A stretch of DNA of 64,000 nt from Amoebophrya sp. A120 (taxonomy: Eukaryota; Protista; Dinoflagellata). Within the stretch, counting starts at the first letter, position 1. The number at the start of each line of letters is the position of its first letter. The stretch is from assembly GCA_905178155.1 (NCBI GenBank), contig CAJINV010000022.1, forward strand, positions 527,458 to 591,457. The letters run 5' to 3'. Position numbers and translations under genes: made by a program. Shown in pieces: positions 1 to 12,800 of the stretch. A model generated the notes under the pieces. The model did not search any database. It was given only the letters and a program-made list of their open reading frames with translations, and was not told where the DNA came from.

Positions 1-574
1 TTCGTTTGGGTTTTGATGTCGGGGATCTTGGTCTCAATCTCTAGGGTTGCAGTTGTTCTTGCTGGTCGTATTCTGCGAGCAATGGGGCAGGGAGTTCTGT
101 ACAGGCAAAAATCTTCCGTCCTTTGGCGCAAGATTTTTCCTGTTCAAGTTGTGTGCTTTTTTTCTTGATCGGCGCCAAGCACGGCCATGCCTGCCCATGA
201 TGCAAGCCGCGATAGATTTTGTTCGTCGGGAACGAACGTGTAATAAGCCGACACCTTCATCATGGCTGTATGATGATGAAGATGAATGTGCTTGGTCCAG
301 GGAAGAACATGTTCATGAGCCTGATCATGAACATGTTCTTGGCTCTCTACCTGATCGTCAGTTGCTCCTCGCAGCTGCCGCAACTGACGTCGACATGGTA
401 ATTTTCGGCTTTGACACTTCTTCTAAAATGAAGTCTAAAGTTGCAAATTTGCAAAATCGTGTGCGATTTTGCCTATGTTGCAACTTTAGACAAACTTTAG
501 ACAGACTGTAGAAGGACAACTGCCTGCAGCTGCAACACGTCCTGCGCCCCTACCCGGAAGGCGTGTCCCCATAC

Positions 575-665
575 TTCGTAAATTCGGTCAAATGTCGTCT
601 GTCCAAAACCAACCAACCAACCGACCAACCCACCGGAATTTAGGCCCGCAGGCCCACGCCTACTC
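575..665. mobile_element. Right end/TIR of a DNA transposon of the same family as 6562-8460; element extends left past the window start
   Basis: Near-identical to 8370-8460 (TTCGGTCA..TGTCGTCTGTCCAAAACCAACC...GGCCCACGCCTACTC). Confidence 0.85.
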
Positions 666-708
666 CAAACATGCATTCTTCCAGACCCAGACATTTTTAC
701 ATTTGATA
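666..708. mobile_element. Right-end remnant of a family-A introner, interrupted by the TIR transposon
   Basis: CAAACATGCATTCTTCCAGACCCAGACATTTTTACATTTGATA matches family-A right TIRs (e.g. 10745-10787). Confidence 0.8.
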
Positions 709-1440
709 TGAAGTCCCTGCTTGCGCCACAGGCAGGAGAAGAAGAAAATTAAAATGAGTGTCTCCTCCACTTCTAGTACGCGACCAAACCGATACTGTTG
801 TGCTACGCAACATGGAAAATAAATTCACCCACGCAAACAAAATCCTGCACTGGAAATGAGTCGTTCAAGAAGAACTCGCCCAAGATGTTGCTACAACGTT
901 ACAGTGTAATACTTCGCGACGTTCAGCTGTATTCGAATTGTGTCCTCGAATTGTGTCCAGAAGGAGGAGTAAAAGCAAACGTTGAGATGTTGCACAACGC
1001 GGCAGCCGAGTCGCATAGACACTCCGCTTTTGTTCGCCAATGTAAGAATTGTTGAAAAATTCTATGCGTCAGTTGAATTCTTGTGCCAGATGTCATGTTT
1101 ATGACTTCTTCTTTGAAAGGTTGCTGTGATTCCCACATCTTTCTGTAATTTTTTACGGTACAAAACACGCCAATCACGGCGCTATACTCGATTTGAAGGG
1201 ATAAAAATTGCAGCTGGTACAAGCGCACGCAAGATGGTATTTTTTGAGTCATTTTATTGTATGAAATCCGCGTATACAGGTCGTGCAAGGCTTAAGTTTA
1301 CCATTGTGGATTAATCCACAATGGAATCCAGAACATGCAGAACAAGCAAGCCTGTAGCTATTTGGACTGCTTCCAAAAAAAATTACCCATTTTCTAGGCC
1401 TGTTTGAGGTTTACAAAATAGCTGCAAAGAATGCAGTTGT

Positions 1441-2584
1441 GAAAAGTTTGGGGAAGCAAAAGCAAATTGTGGACAGGCGTGAAAAGTGCCCTGCAGCGGA
1501 CGTCCGGATTTCCGCTGCAGGGCAAATTTTAGAGCCTGAGTAGAGTTTGAAAAATGGTAAAAAAGGGAGTTTTGAAAAGTTTGGGGAAGCAAAAGTCAAC
1601 GCCGGACAGGCTTGAAAAGTGCCCTGCAGCGGAAATCCGGATTTCCGCTGCAGGGCAAATTTTAGAGCCTGAGTAGAGTTTGAAAAATGGTAAAAAAAGG
1701 AGTTTTGAAAAGTTTGGGGAAGCAAAAGTCAACTCCGGACAGGCTTGAAAAGTGCCCTGCAGCGGAAATCCGGATTTCCGCTGCAGGGCAAATTTTAGAG
1801 CCTGAGTAGAGTTTGAAAAATGGTAAAAAAAGGAGTTTTGAAAAGTTTGGGGAAGCAAAAGTCAACTCCGGACAGGCTTGAAAAGTGCCCTGCAGCGGAA
1901 ATCCGGATTTCCGCTGCAGGGCAAATTTTAGAGCCTGAGTAGAGTTTGAAAAATGGTAAAAAAAGGAGTTTTGAAAAGTTTGGGGAAGCAAAAGTCAACT
2001 CCGGACAGGCTTGAAAAGTGCCCTGCAGCGGAAATCCGGATTTCCGCTGCAGGGCAAATTTTAGAGCCTGAGTAGAGTTTGAAAAATGGTAAAAAAAGGA
2101 GTTTTGAAAAGTTTGGGGAAGCAAAAGTCAACTCCGGACAGGCTTGAAAAGTGCCCTGCAGCGGAAATCCGGATTTCCGCTGCAGGGCAAATTTTAGAGC
2201 CTGAGTAGAGTTTGAAAAATGGTAAAAAAAGGAGTTTTGAAAAGTTTGGGGAAGCAAAAGTCAACTCCGGACAGGCTTGAAAAGTGCCCTGCAGCGGAAA
2301 TCCGGATTTCCGCTGCAGGGCAAATTTTAGAGCCTGAGTAGAGTTTGAAAAATGGTAAAAAAAGGAGTTTTGAAAAGTTTGGGGAAGCAAAAGTCAACTC
2401 CGGACAGGCTTGAAAAGTGCCCTGCAGCGGAAATCCGGATTTCCGCTGCAGGGCAAATTTTAGAGCCTGAGTAGAGTTTGAAAAATGGTAAAAAAAGGAG
2501 TTTTGAAAAGTTTGGGGAAGCAAAAGTCAACTCCGGACAGGCTTGAAAAGTGCCCTGCAGCGGAAATCCAGATTTCCGCTGCAG
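1441..2584. repeat. 133-bp tandem repeat, ~8.6 near-identical copies, each with a perfect 38-bp palindrome
   Basis: Units start at 1441,1574,1707,...,2505; core TGCCCTGCAGCGGAAATCC|GGATTTCCGCTGCAGGGCA; first and last units slightly diverged. Confidence 0.97.
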
Positions 2585-3158
2585 TTCTGAAAGGTTGGAG
2601 AGGACGGACCAGCGTCGTGCTATTCGAATTTATTTGGATCAGAAAGGCGTGTTCAAAGCATGGAGTATGGAACTGTGAAATGAGAAGGACTCACTTCAAC
2701 CCATTTTCGATGAACTTTACAGGTTGGATCATTTTCGTCCGGCACTATGTCAGATCCAAAACATTCATGGAGAACTTGTGGAAAATAAGACTTTTGTAAA
2801 ACTAAAGAACCTCCACCTATCGAAGATCCGTCAGTCAAGCTATAGCACTTTGAGCCCCATGCACGAAATTACTAAATTTGAAAATCGCACGCAAATAGTT
2901 AGTTGAAGAACTGCGCAGAAATTTGCCTACATGTTGTTGTCCTTCTTGCGATTGGGGCGATAAGCTTCGTCTAAGCGCCAGATGTTCTTGAGCTTCATTG
3001 AATAAAGTGGCTTCATTGAATAAAGTAGCTCGTCAAGATAGAAGCACGCCGGGTTTTAAAGGATCAAAGCGTCCGCCTGGCGAGTTCAAAATAAAAGTAT
3101 GTAAGATGAAGTCAAATTTACCAATACGTATACGACGAAGAAGTGATAAACGAAAATA

Positions 3159-6100
3159 ATGAACTACCTCATTTCCATCAAAATGTTCTTTCTTTCCCAC
3201 AACTACTCTCTCGGCCTGGTGCTGCTGCTGCTCATCGGGTCGGTGGATTTCGGCACGTGCAGTTTATTGGAAACAAGGACAACTAAAAGTCAAAAAACTA
3301 CTGCACCAGATGAAGCAGAAGATATCAAACGCGACTCCTCTTCTCCGCAAGACGAAGAACCTCCACTAGAGGAGCGTGCGTCTTTTATGGGCGGAGAACC
3401 TCAACTTTTGCTGCCAGGCATGACATCAGGGGATGAAGTTATTGAAGACCTCGTCGGCGTGCAAGCTGATTTTTCACCTACATCTGGAATTTTGTCACAG
3501 CATGAAAAACCTCCACCACCTCCGTCGAGGACCACCACTACAGAGAACAAAACCATGAAAACGGAGACTATTCCGCTCAAGCTTTTGATCACGGCAAAGG
3601 GAAGCTTGACGGCGCCGCAAGATGGACTTGGTGTCGCGCGTCCTGGTATCAAATGTAAAAATGTCTGGGTCTGGAAGATTGCCAGGTTTGTCATGCACAT
3701 TTTGAATGACTCCTGATGTCTGTGATGCATGCCCTAGCATCACAGACTTTGTGAGAGCTTCCTGATGCCTATACCGCATGACAAATGCTCTTTCCGTGTA
3801 GGAAGACTTGGAATCTATTTGCTGCTCATGCAATACAGATTTTTTTAGAATCTACAATCAGCATGAGAAGTTGGATTCTTCCAGACCCAGACATTTTTAC
3901 AGTTGATACCTGGTCCTGGAGGAAGATCTTGGTGTACCGCGTATCCTGAGTAAAAACGTACCCACACCATAGTTGTCATGCAACTCTGCATGGTTAAAAT
4001 GTTTCTCATGCGGAGCCCCATGAGAAGCGTTTTCTAATGCGGTTTTGAAATTTGTCATGCTCCAATCAGCACGAGATACTAGATCTGTAATGCTGCTAAA
4101 CTAGCTCAAACAGCACTACACTACGCGGACAAACTTGTCGTGCCAAACAACCAAAGCTGGCTGATTTGTCTAGCAGATTCCCCATCCTGACTCTGGTGTG
4201 GATACGTTTTTACTCAGGATAGCGCGTCAGCAGCCTCCGCTCTGGAAGAAGATCTTCTTCACGATCATCTTAGCAGAAGAACGGGCAGCGTTTTGAAATC
4301 ACAATCACAACAAGAAACAACTCGTCCTACTTTCCGCTACACGACTACTTCCCTCTTGACGGAGGCGATGGTTCCGCGTGACCAGCAGTTTACTACAACA
4401 GTCTCTTTGCCCTCCACCACGCAGACGAGGTTTCGCGGAGAGTTCGTGAACAACTTAAAGCGACGGGACGATGAGGAGAATCTATGCTATTGTTCATCTT
4501 ACGAAGGGCAGCACGTGAGTAAACTTGTGCTTCCGAGCTGCTCTCATGCACCAAGCGGCAATTTGGTGCTGCCAGACGTTTTCTCTACCAGAACAAACAG
4601 GTCCTTCGCGACGACATTCGCATCCTTATCTACTTCCTGGGCAGATCGACTAGCTGCACAAAATTTCAGCTCAACAACAGGCTCTTCGTTCCTAGAGCAA
4701 AAGCGCAAAAAACTCGCTGAAGACGTTGCGGCGAAATTATCCGCTGGAACGGCAGCGATTCTGCTCAGCGACAGCTATTTGCTGGATCTACCACGTCGTG
4801 GTACTAAAGTTGTACCAAGCAACAAGTACGCGGAAAATAGTGACAACACCGAGGGCCTTGCAGATTTATTCGCAGACCAACTTTCCATCCAACAACATGA
4901 TCATTTTCAGCTCCACCACGCCACGACGCAGGACCAGCAACAACTCAATCTCTGGACCTTGACCGACGAAGAATTGCAGGTTCTGAGTAAGAAAATGCTG
5001 TCGGAGGAACATCAGTTTCTGCAAACGAATATGAAATGCAAAAGCATCGTACTAGTACGAATTGCATATACAAATTTTCTCAGCATGAGAAATGGAATTT
5101 GTAATGCTGATTGACCTTAGGAAAAAGATTTGTAATGCATAGTGTGCAATTATTACGAGTGCGATCCTTTTGCAGTGGATAACGAAGCGCATCGTGCGGA
5201 TTGGGCAGACGGATCTGGACAGTGCAGAAGGCGCCATGGCGTTTTTTTCCGCTAGTTTTCTCGACGGCCAAGGGACAAATGACGCTGCTGGGGCAGACAC
5301 GCGAAGCTCGTTGGTGCTGCAGCAGAACAGGACTGAGTTCTATCCACCAATAAACCGAGAAGATGACAACTCCATCCCAAGTGGCCCACCGTTCCGTATT
5401 GTCGGCAAAAAAGAATGTCGCGGGCTCACGCAAAGACAATTGGAAGAAATCGCGGTGCACGAGCATGATTTAATATTTCCAGCAAAACTACGTTGCGCCC
5501 CCTCGTCTTTCCGCCCAAGAAGCAAACTTTCCCCCGTACGACACGACCTCGACCGTCGGGGCGAAAATAACTTCTTTTTCCACCACGAAAGATCTGCCGG
5601 CCGCGACAGGACGAGATATCTGACGACCACCCCGCTGCTGGCACGGGTAGTAGTATCAACAGCGCAGCAGTGTTCAACATCTACTGCATCATACGATCCG
5701 GCAGAAGTAGAATCTCCAGAAGCAGGCGCGACACGAACTGACTACATTGTCAGGCCTGCAGCTGATCATGGTTCTTTCGGTGAAAATGCTGATTCGTCCG
5801 GCGAGCCCAACAAGGAAACTCTGCAAGAACTAGCACATGATAGACAGCAGCAAGCAGCCGTGTTTCAACAATTATATCCAACCGCAGCTGCAACTCCCTC
5901 TCCACCTTCCGGGTTGGAAAGCAGCTGCACAGACCACGACCAGAACAAGCGGAAAAATAAAATGAGTGCTAGACGCTTTATGGTGCAGAACGCAAAACTA
6001 GGAGCAGCGCGTACTACGATAAGCGGGACGACGAGAGAAGGTAGTGGGTCTCCTGCTGTTTCGCAAGACTTGGCGGGAAATGGCGAAGGCGAAGCGCATG

Positions 6101-6189
6101 TGCCTCCCAGCGGAAAATTTGCGGCGAGCGAGCTGCTGCACTCGCGGACGGCGGCAAGCAGTGGGTCGTTTGCGACGGTTGAAAAATAA
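3159..6189 (+). CDS. Hypothetical ~773-aa protein with N-terminal signal-peptide-like segment; exons ~3159-3646, 3914-3941, 4227-5029, 5187-6189
   Basis: Three long + ORFs join in frame when each introner plus one 5-bp repeat is removed; hydrophobic LGLVLLLLIGSVDFGTCS near the N-terminus; no recognisable domain. Confidence 0.75.
3647..3908. mobile_element. Introner, family A
   Basis: TATCAAATGTAAAAATGTCTGGGTCTGG TIR; direct repeat CCTGG/CCTGG. Confidence 0.93.
3942..4221. mobile_element. Introner, family C
   Basis: TATCCTGAGTAAAAACGTA TIR; repeat CCGCG/GCGCG. Confidence 0.92.
5030..5181. mobile_element. Introner, family B
   Basis: TATGAAATGCAAAAGCATCGTAC TIR; repeat ACGAA/ACGAA. Confidence 0.92.
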
Positions 6190-6789
6190 GTATGGAACAG
6201 GCTTCCCTACGCCCTGATCCGTTTGCGGGGGCTTTGATTTTTTCTTGTACTTGTTTATCCTTTTGGTTTTGGTCGTCGTTTTGCACTCATGTTCATGATG
6301 TTCCTTGTCCTTCTGGTAGAGCATAACTTCGTCAGTCATTTGTTTTTTAGCTAAAGAAGATTGATTTTTACACACATGTAATGATCGCAAGCACGAGACA
6401 CCGTTTATCATTTCGAAACAGATGCGTAAATGTCTTCGAAGCACAGGCAAGCACTACATGCTACTTATCCAAAGGTTCAGTCATACAGTCGTAGTTTTGA
6501 CTTTTTGATTTACAACCATACATTGCAGCACGGCACCAGAGCAGCAGAAATCTTATCTTTGCAATAGGCGTGGGCCTGTAGGCCTAAATTCCGGTCGGTT
6601 GGTCGGTTGGTTGGTTGGTTTTGGACAGACGACAACTGACCGAACCCGCTGCATTGTGTTTTGTGTTTTTCTGAGATTCGTCTATTGTTACTGTTGAAGC
6701 TGCCTACCTACCCACCTACCTGGCGTCTTTTCGATTCATTGTAGTACCGTGATCGCACCGACCCACCTACCTACCTATCCCTTGCCACC

Positions 6790-7665
6790 CAGAGACAGCT
6801 GCCTACTGGCCACGCCTACCGACCTACCCACCCACATGGTGGGTAGGTGGGGCGAGGGAGCGCGCGCTGCCAATTGGCCACGCCTACCGACCTACCGACC
6901 CACCAGCCTGGTGGGTCGGTGGGGCGAGGGAGGGCGCGCTGCCTATTGGCCAGCACACCTACCGACCTACCCACCCACCTCGCTGGTGGGTGGGTGGGGC
7001 GAGGGAGCGCGCGCTGCGTATTGGCCGCGCCTACCGACCTACCCACCCACCAGCCTGGTTGATGGGTGCGGCGAGCAAACGCTGCCTATTGGCCACGCCC
7101 ACCGACCTACCCACCCACCTCGCTGGTGGGTGGGTGGGGCGAGCCAGGCAGCGAGCGCTGCCCCTTGGCCACGCCTACCGACCTGCCCACCCACGAGCCT
7201 GGTGGGCGGATGGGGCGAGCGTGCGCTGCCTATTGACCACGCCTACCGACCTACCCACCCACCTCGCTGGTGGGTGGGTGGGGTGAGCGTGTGTTGCCTC
7301 TTGGCCACGCCTACCGACCTACCCACCCACCTGCCTGGTGGGTGGGTGGGGCGAGCGCGCGCCGCCTATTGTCCACGCCTGCCGAGCGACCTACCCACCC
7401 ACCAGGCAGGTGGGGGTGTGGGGCGAGCGTGCGCTGCCTACTGGCCACGCCTACCGACCTACCCACCCACCTGCCTGATGGGGGGGGCGGGGCGAGCGTG
7501 CGTTGCCTATTGGCTACGCCTACCGCCCTAGACCCACCCACCCAGCTGCCAAGCGGGGGGGGGGCGGGGGCGAGCGTGTGTTGGCTACTGGCCACGCCTA
7601 CCGACCTACCAACCCACCTGCCAAGCGGGGGGGGAGGGGGTGGGGCGAGCGTGCGTTGCCTATGG
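6790..7665. repeat. GC-rich ~60-65-bp degenerate tandem repeat inside the TIR element
   Basis: Repeated GCCTATTGGCCACGCCTACCGACCTACCCACCCACC...GGTGGGTGGGTGGGGCGAGCG with internal inverted symmetry. Confidence 0.9.
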
Positions 7666-7914
7666 CTCAACTTATTAGCAGGGGGTTTGCAAGCAAGCGA
7701 CTCGCGCAGCGAAGGGGTTGCGCAAAAAGCCTCCCTCGGCATGACCCAGCGGGGGCTGATCCAAATTTTGCGCGAGTTTGTCTCTATTTCCCAAGTGTGT
7801 TTCGCTTGGGTTGAGGAAGCGCAGGTCGTGGCTGGAGAAAAATGCAGCACTGGGGCCCCGACCTCTTTCTATCTCACAGGCGCAAACTCTCACGAGGCCC
7901 CCCGGAGCTCCGAT

Positions 7915-8140
7915 CGCGTCCACGCAGCACAGATTTGCGTCTGCAGCGAGCTGCGCGCAACACTGATTTGCGTTGCGCGCAACACAGATTTGCGTCCACG
8001 CAGCACAGATTTGCGCGCAGCGCCGATTTGTGCTGCGCGCACGCAGCGGAGCTTTGTGTCTGCGGCGAGCTGCGCGCAGCACAGATTTGTGGCGCGCGCA
8101 ACACAGACTGGCGTCCACGCAACACAGATTTGTGTCTGTG
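7915..8140. repeat. Short degenerate tandem repeat (GCACAGATTTGCG-like) inside the TIR element
   Basis: Repeated CACAGATTTG motif at ~20-40 bp spacing. Confidence 0.7.
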
Positions 8141-9812
8141 TTGCGTGGACACATCGAACTCTCCTTCTGCCGAGACCTTTCTGCCGCCCTGGCGGAAGTG
8201 CCTACTGGGCGGCGATAGGATGTGGCGCCACCAGCCTCGCAGGGGCGGGCTGCAGCCCCGGTAGGGAGGCAGGTGCGCCGCACGCCCCGACCACCCCCCT
8301 ATCGCGTTTCGCCCTCCTTGCCGTTGCGGTTGTCTTCTAAATTCAAAACCGATATGCGTTTTTCCATAATTCGTAAATTCGGTCAGTTGTCGTCTGTCCA
8401 AAACCAACCAACCAACCGACCAACCGACCGGAATTTAGGCCTACAGGCCCACGCCTACTCTATCTTTGATACAGTCTGTCGAGCTGCTGTTAACTACATC
8501 TGCACAACTGCAAAACCCACGTCTGCTCTGCCATAAAGTGGAAAAGAAAAATGTACCGGAAATATTTCCAATCGCGGCCAGGCTGTTGAAATTGAAATTG
8601 TGGATACTAAGCGTATTGCTTTTTTCTCCATTGTGCTCGGAGGTGGGAAGAACTCACAGTGAGCTACAAGTGTTCTACTTCACGACAGTGGGTACCCGAT
8701 ACTATTTCTTCTGGCATTACTTCTCCATATTGGTGTTCAAGTTCGTTCTCGCAACCGACCCTTGCTGGAGAAAGGAAAAGTGAAGAGATCTGGTGAGAAT
8801 GATGTGACGGAACGATTAGTGATGGTTGACGTGAAGAACAAGCAGGATGATGTGCTGGAAAAAGATCATCCTCTTGAGTCTTGTTGTCCCTTGGACAACG
8901 TGGCAATCCGTTTATTTCAAACCAAGGTGGAGGTCGTCTGATGGTGCCAAGCTGAATTTGAACGATGAATTACAAAACAAAACGAACGAGAAGTACGTGA
9001 GGTGGTTCTTTTTGATTCTGCGATTTTTCCATGACGCGAAGATCGGATCTTCGCTTTCACAAGTTTGTCATGCATGAACTGCGATGGGCAAGAAGAAGAA
9101 GAACGAGATCCAGACTGATGCGCAAGCCACATAAAGGTAAACGTGGTTGCACAAGCACAGTCAACTGTTATTCTACAATATTATCCGCACTGTGTTGCCG
9201 AAGGCGTCTATCCCGGATGAATAGGAAGTTTACCATTATGGATTGCTTCTTTCTTCGAGGTGGATTCTACTTTCTGAGAATTTTCGGAATCTGAATTTTT
9301 CCAGCCCAATAAAAACTCGATTAGGAAAAGGAAAAAGGAATCGCGAGTCATCTCTCCAGATTGACCCTACTGGTAACATTACATAAAAACTAAAACAGTA
9401 TTGAAAGGCAAATATATAAAGACGTCTACTTCTTTGACACCTGAAAGCGACACAAGGAACTACACGGCGACATTGTTAAAAAAGAATATCTCCAATACCA
9501 AGCGACAGAAAGTTCTATCAGGTCAGAACGTCGGGTGACCGTGACCAGAATAATTGTGAAGGAAAATAAATTCAGCAGACGTGACTCTTCTCAACAGCAG
9601 GAGAAGAACTGAACTAATCTTTGTTTCCACAAAACATCTTCTCGTGGGACGGAAGGACTTCTCGAACTTGAACCACTACTTACACCCGGAAGTGGAACCG
9701 CTGCGCTCGTCATCTCCACGGCGTTCGGCCATTTGCAGTTTTGATCCACATCAACTACCCGGTAGTGGAGGTTGTGTAGCAAAAACAGCTCTACAAAGTA
9801 CCACGAACCAAC

Positions 9813-12800
9813 ATGCCGGACGAGCCCAAGAAAATCGCCATGAAGGTTTCTGCGGCCGCCAAAAATATCCTGTGCAAAAGTATCGTACTCGTATTGTAAT
9901 CATGCATCACAAATCTTTTTCTTAAAGGGAAATCAGCATTACAAATTGTATTTCTCATGCTGAGGAAATTTGTAATGCATTTATACGAGTACGACTACGA
10001 TACTTCTGCAATGCATAAAAAAGGCCGCGCAACCCAAGGCCAAAGCGGCTGCGGGAGGGAAGTCAGCGGCTGCGGGTGCAGCTGGGAAGAAAGCGGCTAG
10101 TGCGGGGGATGAACCTGAAGCTGAAGTTGGTCCGACGGTGGAAAAACAGCCGAAAGGCAAAGCAGCGGCCATGAAATCCATGAAGAAGGACGATGACGGA
10201 GGTGCTGTTGCTGCTGGTCCAGGCGAGGCCGCGCCGCAAGCGAATAAAGCTGCTGCGAGTATGAAGAAATCCATGAAGAAGGAGAACGATGCTCTATCCT
10301 GTGCAAAAGTAATATCGCACAAGTATGAATTGCATTACAAATTAGCCCAGCATTACAAATTGAATTTGTAATGCTGATTTGCCTTGAGAAAGAAATTTGT
10401 AAAACATAAATGCAATTACTACGAGTGTGATACTTTTGCAATGCATATGCTCCTGCGGAGGACAAAAAAGGCAGCAAGTCCGTCAATGCCAAAGTGATGA
10501 AATCGATGAAGCAACAGCCCGCTGCGTCTTCCGCTTATCAACTGTAAAAATGTCTGGGTCTGGGAACTTGTGATGCTGGGTAGCGTCTCATGATGAGGCT
10601 ACAAATGCTGGCTCAGCATGACAAGTTTCTGAGCTCCTAGGTGTTGCCTATTCTGCATGACAAACTGCGCTTCTGCATCACACAAAAACGGAGCTCTTGG
10701 GTAACGTGCATGACAGATTTAAGAGTCATGCCAGACAAGCATGACAAACATGAATTCTTCCAGAACCAAACATTTTTACAGTTGATACCGCTGCTGCTGG
10801 TGCCAAAAAGGGTGAGGAAGGTGGTCCTGTTGCTGAGGACGTGGGATCTGGCGGCAACGGAGCCGGGGAGCAGGACCAGGCGAAGAATGATCCCGTCGGC
10901 CTGGCTATCGCACGAAAAAAAGTTTTTACAGTTACACATTTGTTGGAATTTCTGCATCACAAACTTGCTCGACATGGCAAAGAAAATCTGTGTTGCGTAG
11001 ACTATAAGGGAAAACACGCACGAAATGACGCTGGCAAGCATTTTCCTGCATGACAGAGGGTGTCTGTCTTGCTTGTCTTCCATCAGAGTGTGGAACTACT
11101 GTAACACTGTTTCCGTGCGATACTGGCTGCTGGTGAAGGAGCAAATGTGAAGAAAATGAACCTCTCCAAGGAACTGGGCGGTGAGCCGCAAGTTGGGAAA
11201 AATGTGGACAACCAGAAGAACAACGACCTTGCTGCTGCTCCCGCTGTGAAAGAGCCCGGAGTTGGTGCTGGTGCTGCTGCTGTTCCAACCGGATTCCCCT
11301 CTGTTGCTGCTCCAGCTCCCGGTGCTGCGGCTAGCAGCTCCGCTGGTGCTATGGATTGCAAATTTCGTCTGGGTCGTCCTGGGGAGCAAGCTGGCAACTT
11401 GTCATGCGAAATCTCGATCACAAAAAAAATATGTGTTGCATGAAGTACGCCAAAGAGTGTCCACTTCTTGGTAGGGAAAGAGTTGTGGGTTTCTCAAGTG
11501 GACGGAGAGGCATGAGTTGTAAAGGTCTCGCAAATAAATCTGTGATGCTTCTGTGATGACAAACTTGTGCATTCATGATCCAGAGGACATCCCTGACGTG
11601 TTTGCATTCGACAAGTACATCCGGGGACATGTTGTCCCAGAAGAATTCTCTCGTCACTGCCAACCAGCATCAACCTGCAGCTGCCAGTAGTACTACTAGT
11701 ACTCCTGCAAAAAATTCCGAAATGTTGATGAAGAATTCCTTATCTTGTGCAAAAGTACCGTACAACTCGTACGAATTGCAATTAGGCATGACAAATCTTG
11801 TTACCTTAAAGGTAAAACAGCATGACAAATTCCAGCTGCTCTCATGCTGAGCTGCAAATTTGGAATGCAATTCATACTAGTACGACACTTTTGCAATGCA
11901 TATTCCTTGGCCGCTGCGAACCTGAATTTCAACCAGCACGCGCACGACATGGCCGACGCCATGCGCCTATCAAATGTAAAAATGTCTGGCTCTGGAAGAT
12001 ACTGACACTTGTCATGCGCGTTTTGCATGAGCCATGATGTCTGTGATGCATACCCTAGCAATACAGATTATTTGAGGGCTTCTTGATGCGTATTCTGCAT
12101 GACAGATGCCCTCTCAGCGTAGCAAAAATTGCATTTCCATTGGTACTCATGCAATACAGATTTTTTTGGAATCCAAATGCAGCATCACAAGTTGCATTCT
12201 TCCAGACCCAGACATTTTTACAGTTGATAGCGCCAGGGGGGCTGCGACAGGGCAACCGCGCTCGGCGCTTTGCTCGACGCGGGATTTGACGCCGTGACCG
12301 CTGCCATCACGACGACATGCTTCACTTGGTCGGACGAAAACAAGGAGAAAAAAGCAGACCCCGTCGCCGTCGGTGTTGTGGGTGGAACAAATATGGCTGC
12401 AGTGATAAATCATTCGGAGAAAAAACCGCCGGAGGAAAAAATAGAGCAGCATGTGGTGGATTCGTTCCTCGCCCAGATGAACAAGGTGAGCGAAAACAAG
12501 CATATGCATTGCAAATATGTCTGGGTCCTCTGGAGGGTTGCAACTTGTGATGCTGTCTTTAGATTCTAAAAAAATCTGTATTGCGTGACCAAGAAGAGGG
12601 GTGGTCCATTTTGTGCTACGCGGAGAGGGCATTTCTCATGCGGCATAGGCATCAGAAATGCCCTCTAAAAATATGTGATGCTAGGGCATGCATTACAGGG
12701 AGTGTGGGTGATGCAAAATATGCATGACAAACCTGGCAAGCTTCCAGACCGAGACATATTTGCACCTGATAAAGCAGCCGCAGATGCAACTCGACCCACA

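Larger units (their letters stand above)
6562..8460. mobile_element. Non-autonomous TIR DNA transposon (~1.9 kb) with 8-bp TSD (hAT/P-type TSD length)
   Basis: 78-bp inverted repeats at 6567-6644 and 8378-8455; TATCTTTG duplicated at 6554-6561 and 8461-8468; no transposase ORF recognised. Confidence 0.88.

Noticed and set aside
1441-2584. CRISPR-like palindromic repeats and the repeated 109-aa ORFs
   Set aside because: No unique spacers, no cas genes, eukaryotic context; the ORFs are a by-product of the repeat
6749-8407. Overlapping long ORFs rich in Pro/Trp/Gly/Arg
   Set aside because: Open in several frames because of GC-rich repeats inside a non-autonomous element; no transposase motifs
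6565-8457. Tc1/mariner-type TA TSD for the TIR element
   Set aside because: An 8-bp duplication flanks slightly wider ends, and the second copy has the same TACTC tip
8466-9700. Short ORFs between the TIR element and the DVNP-like gene
   Set aside because: No motifs or joinable frames; probably intergenic or UTR
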